Shown here piece by piece: positions 34,295 to 46,431 of a DNA stretch of 64,000 bases. Numbering within the stretch: position 1 is the first letter of the stretch; each line of letters begins with the position of its first letter. A program made the translations under genes and the position numbers. Source of the stretch: a virus; IMG/VR virus record IMGVR_UViG_3300025000_001646, positions 1-64,000 of that record. One strand, 5' to 3'. The notes under the pieces are model-generated. The model saw only the letters and a list, made by a program, of their open reading frames with translations. It was not told where the DNA came from and ran no database searches.

Positions 34295-35452
34295 ATGGAA
34301 TATGAAGAAGCTCTAATTTCTTCTTTGCTTATAGACCCAGAAAGTGTTAAACAGATTGACGGATTCAAATCTGAATACATACAAAATTACAATTTTAAAA
34401 AAATTTTTGTAGCCTTTGTAAAAGTTCTAAAACAAGGAAAAATACCAGATTTAATTCTTATGAAAGAATATCTAGATGAAGATACTCAAATGTTGGCTTG
34501 TGAATTAATGGCAAATGATGTAATACCATTTAATATTAGGGAATATGCAGAGAAAATTATTGAAGAATACAAGATAAAAATATTAGAACTTCTGGGAAAA
34601 GATTTAACAAATGGTCTTGATGTTGTAAACAAGATTAATGAAGTAAAAGAAATAAGTTTGAAACAAAAACATAAAGAAAAAGAACTTAAAAATAATTATA
34701 TTTGGAATACAGAAGGACTTAATTTGAAATTTCCAATCATTAAGAGAAACAAGGCAACTATGATTTATGGAGATAGTTACAGTGGTAAGACGACATTTTG
34801 TTTTGATATGGCAGTTAAAAATGGAAATATTGGGCATAAAATTTTATTTGTAAGTCTTGAAATGGAAACTAGTGACATTTATTTTGATATAGCAAGGCGT
34901 TATTCTGGAATTACGATTGAGGAAGAAAGAGACAAAAAAATCCCAGAGAGTAAGCAATTTGCTTTTAATAATAAAATTAAATATTTAAAAGAGCAAACCA
35001 ATTTATTCATCGAGGGAGCAATAATAGGCAACGATTTAACCTTTAGTCAGATTGAAAAAATAATAGACAAGTATAATGACATTGATTTAATATTCATTGA
35101 TAACTTTGACTTAATCAGAAGTGAAAGAAACGAAACCGAAATGGACAGAAATGCCAATGTAAGTAAACGAATAGTAAACTTTACCAGAACGAGAAAAATA
35201 CCAATAATAGTAATTCATCATACAAATAAGAAAGATAATAAAGGAAACAACTCAATGCGTGGTAGCCAGAAAATAATGGATAACTTTGATAATGTGATTA
35301 AACTAAACAGAGACGAAATAGACACAAACCTTTTTGTTGAAAAAGCTAGAGGGTATGACAAGACACAACATAGAGTAAAATTTTGGAAAGGAACTTTTCT
35401 TGATGAAGATGAGGATGATGACGAAATAACAATAGATCAACTTCCTTTTTAG
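34295..35452 (+). CDS. DnaB-like replicative helicase
   Basis: EEALISSLL N-domain, Walker A GDSYSGKTT, FVSLEM, Walker B LIFIDNF, IHH, RGSQKI. Confidence 0.85.
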   Translation: MEYEEALISSLLIDPESVKQIDGFKSEYIQNYNFKKIFVAFVKVLKQGKIPDLILMKEYLDEDTQMLACELMANDVIPFNIREYAEKIIEEYKIKILELLGKDLTNGLDVVNKINEVKEISLKQKHKEKELKNNYIWNTEGLNLKFPIIKRNKATMIYGDSYSGKTTFCFDMAVKNGNIGHKILFVSLEMETSDIYFDIARRYSGITIEEERDKKIPESKQFAFNNKIKYLKEQTNLFIEGAIIGNDLTFSQIEKIIDKYNDIDLIFIDNFDLIRSERNETEMDRNANVSKRIVNFTRTRKIPIIVIHHTNKKDNKGNNSMRGSQKIMDNFDNVIKLNRDEIDTNLFVEKARGYDKTQHRVKFWKGTFLDEDEDDDEITIDQLPF

Positions 35453-35540
35453 TGATATTTATTAAAATTTGATGTTATTTTGGACTTTTATTTAAAAAAT
35501 AATATATTACACTATTTTAAAAAATAATCTCTTAAAAACG

Positions 35541-36227
35541 ATGCTAACGATTAAAAATAAAAAACTTATTTATGAAATAGATTTTGAACCAGAAAATTTT
35601 TATTTAGTTAATGAAAATGGAGTATTTGGAGACTACGAATCTGGAGTTTGGAGCTTGAATCATAAAATTGACAGAAGCTACAAAGGAAAAACACCAGATG
35701 TCGGCTGTCCTATTTTTTATTTAGACTTTGAAGAATTTAATCAACTATTTAATTTAAAAGGACTAGAAATAGTCTGGATTTAACCTTTATTTATTTTATG
35801 GAAAAAATTATTATACCAAAAGAAACAACTACAATTAAAGAATTAAAAATAGACAGAAACTGTAAATATGAAATAACAATAGAATTTTATGACGATGAAA
35901 CATTTAATCAATTATTAAAACTTCATCAAAAAAGCAATGGAAGATTAGGAGAATTTCAAGGAGAAATTATTATTAAATAACATTATTTATTTTATGAGCG
36001 GTGGATACTTTGAATATAAACAAGATTATTTAACAGAATTAGCAGAAGAATTATTGCCAGAAGAAAGAATATATGAATTTGGAAAATATAATTTAAAAAG
36101 ACTTAGTAAATTATTATTAGAATTAGAACAAATTATACACGATATTGATTGGCACTTGTGTAGTGATGAAGAAATAGAAAATCCAGAAATGTGGTTAAGA
36201 GACAAACTTAATAACCTTAAAATATAA
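35541..36227 (+). other. Three small hypothetical genes
   Basis: ORFs 35541-35783, 35798-35980 and 35994-36227. Confidence 0.6.
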
Positions 36228-37462
36228 TGAATATATTTATAACTTCTGATACACATTTTAGTCACACTAAAATAATTGAACTAGGAAGACCACCAGACTA
36301 TGAAGAAAAAATTAAAAAAGAATTAATTAAAAGAGTTAAGCCAGATGATATTCTTATTCATTTGGGAGATATCTGTATTGGTAATGACTTAGAAAATAAC
36401 AATTGGTTTAAAAAGAATTTAAAATGTAGAACTTTTTTGGCACGGGGAAATCACGATAGACAGAGCTTAGAATGGTATTTATTAAATGGTTGGGATTCTG
36501 TTTCAGATAGACTAGACTTGAAATTTTACGGGAAGACTTTTTGTTTTACCCATGAACCTATTCCCTGGGATGGAAAATATGATCTGAATATTCATGGTCA
36601 CTTACACGATAATGGACATAGAGAGGAAGAATACCAGTTACATTCTCGAAACAAACTAATTTCTTTGGAGGAACTAAAATATAAACCTAAAAAATTTAAC
36701 ATTAATCTTACTAAAAAAGATATGCAATTCAGACTACGAAGAGTTTGGAATAAAGTAAAAGAGCTTGGATACAATCCATATTACATAGGACTATATGGTA
36801 GCCAAAATTATGGACTAGATACTGAAACTTCTGATTTTGATTTTAAAGCTATTATTTTACCAACGTTAGATGATTTAGTTTGTAAGACAAAACCAGTTTC
36901 TACTGTAGTGGATTTTGAAGGAGGAGAAATCGACATCAAAGATATTAGAACTTACATAGAAAGTGCCATAAAAGTAAATGTAAATTTTATAGAAATATTA
37001 AGTACAGAATTTTATTTGGGAGATAAAGATATAAAGAAATTTTTTACTCCATTATTAGATGAACTTGGCACACAATACACTAGGTCGTTATTAGGAATGG
37101 CAAAAATGAAATACATAGCTCTCAAGCACGAATACCCTAGCAAGGAATACGAAATAAAAACCTATGGTTATGACCCAAAACAACTACATCACATTAAAAG
37201 ACTTAGAATATTAGCTGAAAGATATTTGAAAGGAAACTATAGTTTCAAGCATACTGGAAAAGAAAGACTTGATTTATTGAAACTAAAGTCTGGAATTTAT
37301 ACTCTTGAAGAAGCAGAAAAAATTGCTAATAAAGAAATAAAAAAATTAGAAAAAATAGTGGATAATTATAAAAAAGAAGATATTTACGAGACTAAAGAAA
37401 AAATGGTAAAATTTAGCCAAGAAATAATTAAAAATTGTATAAAATTTAACATTTTAATATAA
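36227..37462 (+). CDS. Calcineurin-like phosphoesterase fused to a Pol-beta-type nucleotidyltransferase
   Basis: SDTHF, HLGD, GNHD, THEP, HGHLH, then LYGSQNYGLDTETSDFD and YDPKQLHHIKRL. Confidence 0.8.
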   Translation: MNIFITSDTHFSHTKIIELGRPPDYEEKIKKELIKRVKPDDILIHLGDICIGNDLENNNWFKKNLKCRTFLARGNHDRQSLEWYLLNGWDSVSDRLDLKFYGKTFCFTHEPIPWDGKYDLNIHGHLHDNGHREEEYQLHSRNKLISLEELKYKPKKFNINLTKKDMQFRLRRVWNKVKELGYNPYYIGLYGSQNYGLDTETSDFDFKAIILPTLDDLVCKTKPVSTVVDFEGGEIDIKDIRTYIESAIKVNVNFIEILSTEFYLGDKDIKKFFTPLLDELGTQYTRSLLGMAKMKYIALKHEYPSKEYEIKTYGYDPKQLHHIKRLRILAERYLKGNYSFKHTGKERLDLLKLKSGIYTLEEAEKIANKEIKKLEKIVDNYKKEDIYETKEKMVKFSQEIIKNCIKFNILI

Positions 37463-38035
37463 TATGAAAGAATCAAAAATAAACGAATTATACGCAGAAA
37501 ATAAAATATTGAAAAAAGAATTAAAAAATAGAATAAAAAGAACAGAAACAGCAATATTATTGGCTTTTAATTTAGTTGATTACCCAGAGGAAAAAGCTAT
37601 TGAAGAAATGAAAACTATAATGATTTCATGTAATTTATATTAACTTTACTTTATTATGGAAAAAACAATTAAAGAAATGATTAATTACATAATAGAAAAT
37701 GGAAATAAGGAGCAAATAAAAAGAATGATTGAAATAGCTAAAGAAATTAACAAAGATTTTACTAAAGAGGAAATAAAAGAATTTTCTAAAAAATCTAAAA
37801 TTTAACTTTACTATTTTATGGGTCATCATCTAAAACAAAATCACAAGACTTATTATGAGTACTTAGAAGAAGTAAGAAAAAAAGACAAAGATTATATTGG
37901 TTATGATAGAAGATATTTAACTGGAAAATTTAATTTTTGGGAAGACATTAAGAGAGGTTTTGGAGAAAAATTTGGTTTTAAGAGACGTATTATTAATGAA
38001 AAAGTGTAAAAAAAACGTAAAAAGTGAAAAAAAAC

Positions 38036-38064
38036 TTGATTTTTATAAAAAAAAAGATTATAAT
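38036..38064 (+). promoter_or_regulatory. Strong early promoter P4
   Basis: TTGATT-17 bp-TATAAT. Confidence 0.8.
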
Positions 38065-38422
38065 ATTAATATACAATGATCTTTTAAATAACAAATCAAT
38101 ATTTTATGAAAAGCATGGTGTCGTGAGTTTTCTCTTATGTGGTCAGTAATATATTCCTTTAAAGGCAATTTCAGGACAATATATGAAGAACGTACGAGAG
38201 AAAAGCGGAGGCGACTTAAATCAACCGCAAAAAACTAGCCTATTTTAAAATTAACATTATTTTAGATATGCCAGATATATTAAAAGACCTTGAAAAACAA
38301 TTAGAAAAAGCTCTAGAAGATAGAGCAGATGGTGAAGTTATAAAAGCATTAATTAGAATAATAGAAATTATTAAAAATAAAAACAAAAATACAAATAATT
38401 AGAAATATAATTTTAAAAAAAT

Positions 38423-38707
38423 ATGTATGGAATTGCGAAATTCGCCGATAAAACAAAATTTTCTCGGCACATTATAAAGAAATTAATTGAGGTAGGATTC
38501 TTAACACCAGTAAATCTTGGAGACAAGAATTGCAAATATATGTTCAATGAAAGTGATATAATTAAATGTAATAATTTAGTAACAATAGATTATATTAAAG
38601 AAAAAACTAATATGAGTTATGATATTATTTTGACTAAATTTAAAGATAAAAAAATAATAAAAGGAAAATTGCTTTTTAACAAAGAACAAATAGATAAATT
38701 TTTATGA
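38423..38707 (+). CDS. MerR/excisionase-like HTH protein
   Basis: MYGIAKFADKT...LIEVGFLTP...YMFNESD; ends in TGA. Confidence 0.55.
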   Translation: MYGIAKFADKTKFSRHIIKKLIEVGFLTPVNLGDKNCKYMFNESDIIKCNNLVTIDYIKEKTNMSYDIILTKFKDKKIIKGKLLFNKEQIDKFL

Positions 38708-38723
38708 TTAATTTCACAAAGCA

Positions 38724-39350
38724 ATGAACCAAATTAAATTACCAGAGACTAGGGTGTTAAGATTTACCGAGACTAAGATTGGTCTCAATATTACTTTAGA
38801 ATTGCAAGAAATAGACCTAACATCAGAAACTAGAGAAACTTTCAGAAATTGGTATAAAGATGGAACTAGTTTGACTGGAATATTAGGAAGCGTTGATGCT
38901 CTACCTAGACAGCAAGAAATGAAAAAATCTCAAAGACTGCATAGAATAATAGCAGTAGCAAGCAAATATATGGGAAAAACACCAGAAGAAATAGAAAAAG
39001 TAATAAAAGAAAAAAACAACATAAGTCATTTTGACGACCTTACGGAAGACAAACTTGATGAATTAATAACTGGATATAAAACTTATATACCAGACGACAG
39101 ATATAATTCTTATTTATATTAACCTTACAATTTTATGGAATTAGGAATAATTGTTTGGGCTTTACTTGTCATTTGGACAGTATATTTAGCCAACAAAAAT
39201 GGAAGAAATCAAATAATCGCATTAATAGCTGGAATATTTTTAGGACTATTAGCAGTTATAATTTATGCAATAATGGGAAAAACTCAAGAATTAAAAGATG
39301 AAGATTTTATTAAAAAAATGGAAGCATATAAAAATATTGAAAAAAAATAA
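38724..39350 (+). other. Hypothetical protein (38724-39122) and small two-TM membrane protein (39135-39350)
   Basis: ORF track; hydrophobic helices in the second ORF. Confidence 0.6.
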
Positions 39351-39628
39351 TGGGAAGAAATACAGTTAGATATATTGACAAAAAAACCGCAGAAGAAGTA
39401 TTGGAAAGAGATAGATATTGTTGTGCTTTATGTAGAAGCAACTTCAAATTGGAAATCCATCATATACATTATGGCATAAATGCTGAATATGTCAAGGAAA
39501 GAAATAATTCTGATAGACTAATAACATTATGCGGTAATTGTCATTATTCAATACATAACACTAAAGGAGGTCAAGGGATAAGAGAGGCTTGTATTAAGTA
39601 TATAAACGAAATTTATGATATAATATAA
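39350..39628 (+). CDS. HNH endonuclease
   Basis: ERDRYCCALC...LEIHHI...LITLCGNCH. Confidence 0.85.
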   Translation: MGRNTVRYIDKKTAEEVLERDRYCCALCRSNFKLEIHHIHYGINAEYVKERNNSDRLITLCGNCHYSIHNTKGGQGIREACIKYINEIYDII

Positions 39629-39675
39629 CTTATAAGATAAAAACAAAAATAGTTTATCACTAATATTATTGATTT

Positions 39676-40080
39676 ATGATTTTTGAATTACTTGTTAGCC
39701 TGATAATTAGTAGACCAATAGAAATAGATTTTAAACATTACTTAGAACCTCACAAACAAGTGCAAGTAAAACAAACATTTGGTGAATGTGTAGCCTTTGT
39801 TAAGAAAAAACTTGGTATAAAAGAACATCTCGGTGTTCAATACGCTAAGCAAATAGTAAATTTACCACAGTTTAAAAAAATAACAGACCCTAGGGGAGGA
39901 GACATCGTAGTCGCCCCTAAAATATCAAAGACTGGACATGTTTCTTACATCTTATACAACGAAAATGGTCGTTTAAGAATACAAGATTCTAATCTATTCG
40001 GAGATAAAGTTGTGAGGGAATACTGGCTAGATTCTTATTTCAAGAGTAGTCAGGTAGTTTTCTTGCGTTATAATATTTAA
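39676..40080 (+). CDS. CHAP-domain protein (cell-wall hydrolase-like)
   Basis: GECVAFV...GDIVV...GHVSYI...DSN. Confidence 0.65.
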   Translation: MIFELLVSLIISRPIEIDFKHYLEPHKQVQVKQTFGECVAFVKKKLGIKEHLGVQYAKQIVNLPQFKKITDPRGGDIVVAPKISKTGHVSYILYNENGRLRIQDSNLFGDKVVREYWLDSYFKSSQVVFLRYNI

Positions 40081-40235
40081 CCTTAATTTTTATGTCATAC
40101 ATAACACCTCCACCTTTGATGGTGGAAAAGAAGAAAGAGAAGTTAAAAGATAAGATTATTACTCATCTAGGATACTTTTTTCTTTTCTTGCTAACTTTTT
40201 GTTTTATAGTAGATTTTTTTAACCTTAAATAAATT

Positions 40236-40643
40236 ATGAGAGAAATAAAGTTTAGAGGAATGAATTATGAGACAAATGAATGGGTATATGGTGGTTATTA
40301 TAAAGGAACTAGAGTAAACGAGGAAAATGTTAATATAACCACAAAATTATCTGATTGTTATGTAGCAGAAAATATAATATTTGATGGATTAATATATTAT
40401 ATACAAAATGGAGAAACAATAGGTCAATATACAGGATTTAAAGACAAGAATGGAGTAGAAATTTACGAAGGCGATATTATAAAAATGAATTCAAAAGGAA
40501 TAAATTTTATAGGATATATAGAATATAATAACGGAAGATATATTGTTAGAAGAAGATCAATGCTGGATGGTTTTTATGATTTACATATTCAAAATTTAGA
40601 ATTAATAGGTAATATATACGAATATAAAGAACTTATTAATTAA
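40236..40643 (+). CDS. YopX family protein
   Basis: MREIKFRG...GQYTGFKDKNGVEIYEGDI...IGNIYE. Confidence 0.9.
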   Translation: MREIKFRGMNYETNEWVYGGYYKGTRVNEENVNITTKLSDCYVAENIIFDGLIYYIQNGETIGQYTGFKDKNGVEIYEGDIIKMNSKGINFIGYIEYNNGRYIVRRRSMLDGFYDLHIQNLELIGNIYEYKELIN

Positions 40644-40655
40644 CATTTATAATAT

Positions 40656-42223
40656 ATGGACACTAATATAGGAGACTGCGAAATATGCAGAAAAGAGCCA
40701 GAACTTAGCGAATATATATATAAAAAATGTTTTTTTGAAACAGATAATCCTAGAAAAGCACAGGAACATTTTAGTCAAACAGGACATAATGTTAAACACT
40801 TTATTAAAGTAGTAAAAACCTGGAAAAAAGATATTTTATTTCATAAATATATTTGCCAATGAATTTATATCAAAAACTAGACTATTCACAACCAATACAA
40901 AGCGTAGAGATAAAATCATCTCATTCTTGTATATTTCCAGTATGGAGACTGATAGTCAATAAACAAGAACTTGATTTTTGGGACAGAAAAACAGAGCATA
41001 GAGATGGACTTACTAAAGAAGAATTGAAAGAAAAACTTATTAATTTATATCCTAAACTTTCAAAACATTTATGCCACCAGATATCTTAATTGATGATACG
41101 ACTATTGATAAAATAAATATAAAACAAGATACCGATTATACCACTACAGGAGGAATTTTAATACAATAAAATCCTATAATAGATATTTTTGCGGATACAT
41201 TTTGTGATAATGATATTGCGGAAATAAGTAAGCAAAAAGCAGAAAAATTAAGAAATTTAATATATCCTATAATTTAATATAACTATGTATTATATTTCAG
41301 AAACAGCACCAATAGGAAGCTATGTTTGTATTAGAGAAGACGGAGGAGAACTTATTTGGTGGCAAATAAGAGATAAACAAGGAGAAAGCTTTCTTATTAA
41401 ATACCAAGATTTTACTAGAGTAATACCAATCGGTAGCGAAATAGTATCTTGGAGAAAACATAAAATTTAACCTTACCTAACAATGAATAAAGAAGAATTG
41501 GAAGATATTGTAATGTTGAGAATTATTGAAGATGCAGAATTTTTTAATAGCAAGATTATAATATCTGCAGAAAAGTTAAGAAATTATTTTAAAGAATATA
41601 TTGATATAATAATTAAAAATGTAATAATTGACTTGGATTGTGATTATAAACAATTAAAAGATTTTGATAAATATAAAAGTAATGAATATTTAAATGGATT
41701 TACGGATGGAGAATGTTGTTATGATAAAAAACTCAAACAAAAAGCTAAAGAACTTTATAATATAACATTATAAAACATTATGGGAGATGATACTTATATT
41801 GAAGTACCAATCAAATGGCTCGAACGATTATCAGAATATTCTAAAAAAGCTAATAAAGAATTTGAAGAAGAAGATATAATATTTCAAGTTGGAGTAGTAC
41901 AATTGATAGGATATTCTAGTTCAGTTGATAGCATTATAAAATATGAAAAACATATTACTAAATAACCTTATCTAACAATGGATAAAAAAGAAATGATAAA
42001 AATGATTAGTGAATACTTTGACGAATGTAATTTATCAGCACATAAAGAAATTGAAAAATTTATTTTTGAAACTATAATCCCAGAAGTATTAAATAGTGTG
42101 ATGCCAGAAATAGAAGAACATATTTGTAGATTCAATGATGGTGAATGTAAGTGTGAATGCTTCGTTAAGTTTGAAGAATGTATCAAACAAAAATCTAAAG
42201 AACTTTATAATATAACCTTATAA
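40656..42223 (+). other. Run of small hypothetical early genes, including two partial paralogs (41483-41773, 41978-42223)
   Basis: ORF track; the two paralogs share the C-terminus KQK(A/S)KELYNITL. Confidence 0.65.
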
Positions 42224-42227
42224 ACTT

Positions 42228-43328
42228 ATGATTACACTTTGTGATTTAAACAAATCACTGATTAAAAAAGCTAAAAAACTGAAAGGAGAAATAGAATTTA
42301 AAGCAGTATGTGGAGATATATTTGAATATCAAAAAAAGAATGGTGGACTGATAGCAACTGCCTCTAATCCTAGTTTCAATATGGGAGGAGGATTAGATGG
42401 AAAGATCGCAAAAAGATTTCCAGAAGAAGTAAAACAAGCTAAAGAGTTTATGTATACTGATAATTTATTCTTTACTGTTACGGTTGACAATGAATTAAAA
42501 TCTTCAAGAGAAATAATAAAAAGAGCATTAGCAGGATGTTATGCTTATAGAAGCATAAACATTATTATTAGTGGATTCGGTACAGGTATAGGAGGATTAG
42601 ATGAAGATATTTTTATAGAAGAATTAGAATGTATTATTAATGCTGACTTGAGACATGCTAACTTGGGAGGTGCTGACTTGGGAGGTGCTAACTTGGGATA
42701 TGCTGACTTGGGAGGTGCTAACTTGAGAGGTGCTAACTTGGGAGGTGCTAACTTGAGAGGTGCTAACTTGAGAGGTGCTAACTTGGGAGGTGCTAACTTG
42801 AGAGGTGCTGACTTGAGAGGTGCTGACTTGGTAGGTGCTAACTTGGGAGGTGCTAACTTGAGAGGTGCTGACTTGAGACATGCTAACTTGGGAGGTGCTG
42901 ACTTGAGAGGTGCTGACTTGGGAGGTGCTAACTTGGGAGGTGCTAACTTGAGAGGTGCTGACTTGAGAGGTGCTGAAACAGATAACGTTATAGTTGACGA
43001 AAGAACTTGTTTCTTTTCATTACAATGTCCAGAAGAAGGTAGTTTTATAGGTTGGAAAAAGTGTAGAGATGGTAAAATAGTAAAACTACTAATCACAGAA
43101 AAAGCTAAAAGAAGTAGTGCTACTACTAGAAAATGTAGAGCATCTGAGGTTGTAGTTTTAGAAATAGATGGTAAAAAGACAGGAATAGCAGTATCTCTTC
43201 AAGATGAGAAGTTTATTTATAAAGTAGGAAAAACTATTAAAATAAAAGACTTTGACGAAGATAGATGGAATGAGTGTTCGTCAGGTATACACTTCTTTAT
43301 CACCAAAAAAGAATCTATTAATTATTAA
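42228..43328 (+). CDS. Macro-like domain + pentapeptide repeats + DUF5758-like domain
   Basis: GDI...[14 protein letters not shown]...GFGTGIGG (macro domain); A(N/D)L(R/G)G repeats; [12 protein letters not shown]...KCRAS...CSSGIHFF. Confidence 0.85.
   Translation: MITLCDLNKSLIKKAKKLKGEIEFKAVCGDIFEYQKKNGGLIATASNPSFNMGGGLDGKIAKRFPEEVKQAKEFMYTDNLFFTVTVDNELKSSREIIKRALAGCYAYRSINIIISGFGTGIGGLDEDIFIEELECIINADLRHANLGGADLGGANLGYADLGGANLRGANLGGANLRGANLRGANLGGANLRGADLRGADLVGANLGGANLRGADLRHANLGGADLRGADLGGANLGGANLRGADLRGAETDNVIVDERTCFFSLQCPEEGSFIGWKKCRDGKIVKLLITEKAKRSSATTRKCRASEVVVLEIDGKKTGIAVSLQDEKFIYKVGKTIKIKDFDEDRWNECSSGIHFFITKKESINY
42641..42975 (+). repeat. 15-nt tandem repeat encoding pentapeptide repeats
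   Basis: GCT(A/G)ACTTG(A/G)GAGGT, about 22 copies. Confidence 0.95.
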
Positions 43329-43342
43329 CCTTATAAAACATT

Positions 43343-43843
43343 ATGCAAGAATTAGATCAAATTAAAAAAGCCTTTGATACTTTTATTTCACAGGCAGAAA
43401 CCTTTGTTGAGAAACAGAAAGTCAAGGAAGAATATAAAAGATGGAGAGGGAAGGAAGGAGAAGAGTATTTTTGTATAGATGACAATGGAGATATTTATGA
43501 CGATAATGATTTTAATAATAAAGAAGATAATTTTAGATACAACACTGGTAACTACTTCCAAACAGAAAAAGAAGCAGAACAATACCGTGATAGACTACTG
43601 GCTACTACTAAAGTAAATGATAGGATAGATGAACTGAACGAAGATTGGAAGCCTGATTGGAATACTTATGAACAATGCAAATATTTAATCGTATATTCTA
43701 TATAAAATGGTGTTTTTGTTTATGATTATACTTTTAGGATTAAAAATGATTTGAAATTAAATTATATGAAATCGTAAGAAGTAGCATACCGAATCATCAA
43801 AGAACTAGAACCAGAATTAAAAATAATTTTTAATATTGTTTAG
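43343..43843 (+). pseudogene. Phage protein interrupted by two in-frame TAA codons
   Basis: The frame continues past TAA 43703 and TAA 43775 with plausible sequence (YMKS*EVAYRIIKELEPELKIIF) to TAG 43841, abutting the next gene. Confidence 0.55.
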
Positions 43844-43845
43844 AT

Positions 43846-46345
43846 ATGACTGAAAAATTAAAAGACAAAATATTTACAGTATCAATGATATTATTAATTG
43901 TATTTCTATTTTCTTTATTGATATTTATTTGGTCTGGACAAGAATGTAAAATGGTATTAATTAAAGGAAAAATAGAATCAGTTTATTATCAACCATCATC
44001 TTTCAGAACAGGAGAAAGTTGGAGCGGATTACTTAGAAAAGATGATGGAACTTTAGAAGAATTCTACAGTAATAAAATAGTACAACCTGGTATGAATTTT
44101 GAATACGATAAAGAAGTTTGTATTTATTAACATATGAGCGACAAACTTTTTAGTCAATCATATTTAATAAAATATGAGAGACAAAATATTACTTAACATT
44201 AATTAACTTATGGTAAATAAATTGACTAAAAGAGAAAGAGAATTATTTGATTTATTACAAGAATTCCCATTAATTACTACCAAAGAATTACAAAATAAAA
44301 TGAAAGTAGGAAAGAGTTTTATTTCTCAATATATAGATAGACTTAAAAAGAAAGGATATATCTTGAACAATATGTCAATATCTAAAAAAATTAATAAAAC
44401 TAATTTAACAGAAATAATAAAGATAATAGAAAAGAATAATAGGAAATTAATCAGAGAATTACAATCATTATCATTTAACTTTATTTAACTTATGAGAAAA
44501 CCAGTACAAAAAAATAACTGGATGTTATTAGTAACATTAGCTACCATAGTTATCCTATGTGTATTCATGTTAGTCAGGAGTGGAGTAGCCTTATCCAAAA
44601 TTAAGATGTTTCAAGAAGAGCAAAAGAAGGCAGAACAGATTAAGAACTTGAGTAATGAGAAGATCAGTTATCTTACAGAGATCAAAGATTTAATCGAAGA
44701 GAAGAAAGTGATACAAGAGAAACTATCGGCAGTAGAGAAGCGTATTGAGACACACGATAAGAAGATCAAGGAATTGGAGACCAAGATCAATACGATCATC
44801 GGAATACCTACTCAAGTAGATCAGGTATCAAAAATCTAGTGCTATCGTCGAAAGACCTAGTCGGTAGCACAATTAAAAAGGAGGAGGCAACTGAAAAAAA
44901 ACCATACAAGATTGGAGCAAGCGATAAACAAAACGAATATTTGCATTATGCTTGGATGATAAGCAAGAACGAAGATTTTATTTACACATTGCTAGCCGAG
45001 AATGGACAAGTAAATCATGACAGAAAACATACAGTTTCTTATTGGAGGTGTCACTCTTGGAAAAATGGAGTAACTATAAAAGGAAAATGGTATGGAAATG
45101 TTATAGACAAATCTTATTGTCAATTACCAGAACCAAAAGGATATTGGAGATTAGGAAACGACTGGGGATTTTGTGGTACATCTGATTCATATCAACCTAT
45201 AGTAAGATACGATGATAGATTTATGAAAGATCCTGGTTGGCAACTAGATCAGTGTTGGAATTTCTTTAGAAACGGAACTAGAATTTATGGTAAAGATAAG
45301 ATAAATGAAACAAAGAATCAAGTGGTATGGAAATAATATTTAACCTTATTTAATTTATGACAAAAAAAATAACATTATCAGAAATATTTTTCTGTACAAT
45401 GTTCATATTAATTTTAGTTTTTAGTGGATATTCTGCTATAAAACTATCAAAACAAAAAACTGTTTGTAATTATGACTATTCTACAAAAGATTATAAAAAT
45501 AACTATGAAAGAAGAATAGGAAAAATAAACAAAGTAAATAATGGAACAGTTGAAGTTATTCTTATGGATAGTTCTCTTCAAAGATTCTATACACCATATT
45601 ACTGGACAAAAGAAGATGATAATTATATTAAAAAATTTGAAGGAAAACTAGTTGAATTTTCTTATATAAGATTGGGAGATTTTAATTTTGAAATATCTCA
45701 AATAGAAGAAGTCATTATTTAACCTTATTTAATTATGAAAACTCAAGAAATTATTACAGCTATTGCCACCCTAGCTATAGTTACTTTCGTTGGTGGTGTG
45801 TGTGTTATTATAGCACTTATAGCTTGTGGATTATCAATAACATTTTACTAATAATATTTTATTTTTATGACTGATTTTGACCTTGTAGAACAAATCGTAG
45901 CAATTTTTTATGAATATTATAGTAAAAGCACTGAATTAGAAAGAAAAAAACAACTAAACAACGCTTACGACGAAGCAAGAGAAATATTGAAAGAATATAT
46001 AGAACAAGAAAAATATAAATGGGAACAAAAAAATTTTAAAAAATAACCTTATTTTATTTTATGGAAATCGAAACTGTAAAAAACAATGTTAAAAAAATAC
46101 TATCAAAATACAAAGAAACAAGAAATGATGATGGAAAATTACTAGATAATTACTATAATGAATATTTTATTAATTATTTTGATGAAAGAATTGAGAATTA
46201 TAATAACAAATGCTCAATTGAAACTATTATTAGAATGAGAAGATTTTGGCAATCGAGAGGGGAATATTTACCTACACTTAAAACAATAATGAGAAGAAGA
46301 AGGCTTGCCAATAAATTCAAACTTTATTTTAGAAAACTTAAATAG
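43846..46345 (+). other. Early/middle genes: membrane proteins (43846, 44492, 45357), wHTH protein (44210-44488), hypotheticals (44839-45336, 46061-46345)
   Basis: ORF track; TM helices; LTKRERELFDLL...SQYIDRLKKKGYI HTH. Confidence 0.65.
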
Positions 46346-46355
46346 ATTTTATGGC

Positions 46356-46410
46356 TTGAATTAGATTGAGTTATCTTAGATTATATTAATTTCTATTAAA
46401 TTACTTTTAT
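46356..46410 (+). repeat. 5-nt periodic array 1 (11 TT-NNN units)
   Basis: ttgaa ttaga ttgag ttatc ttaga ttata ttaat ttcta ttaaa ttact tttat. Confidence 0.8.
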
Positions 46411-46431
46411 TATTTTATTTTTATTTATTTT

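Noticed and set aside
42545-43096. Minus-strand repeat ORFs (KLAPP and VSTSQ repeats)
   Set aside because: Antisense frames of the pentapeptide repeat.
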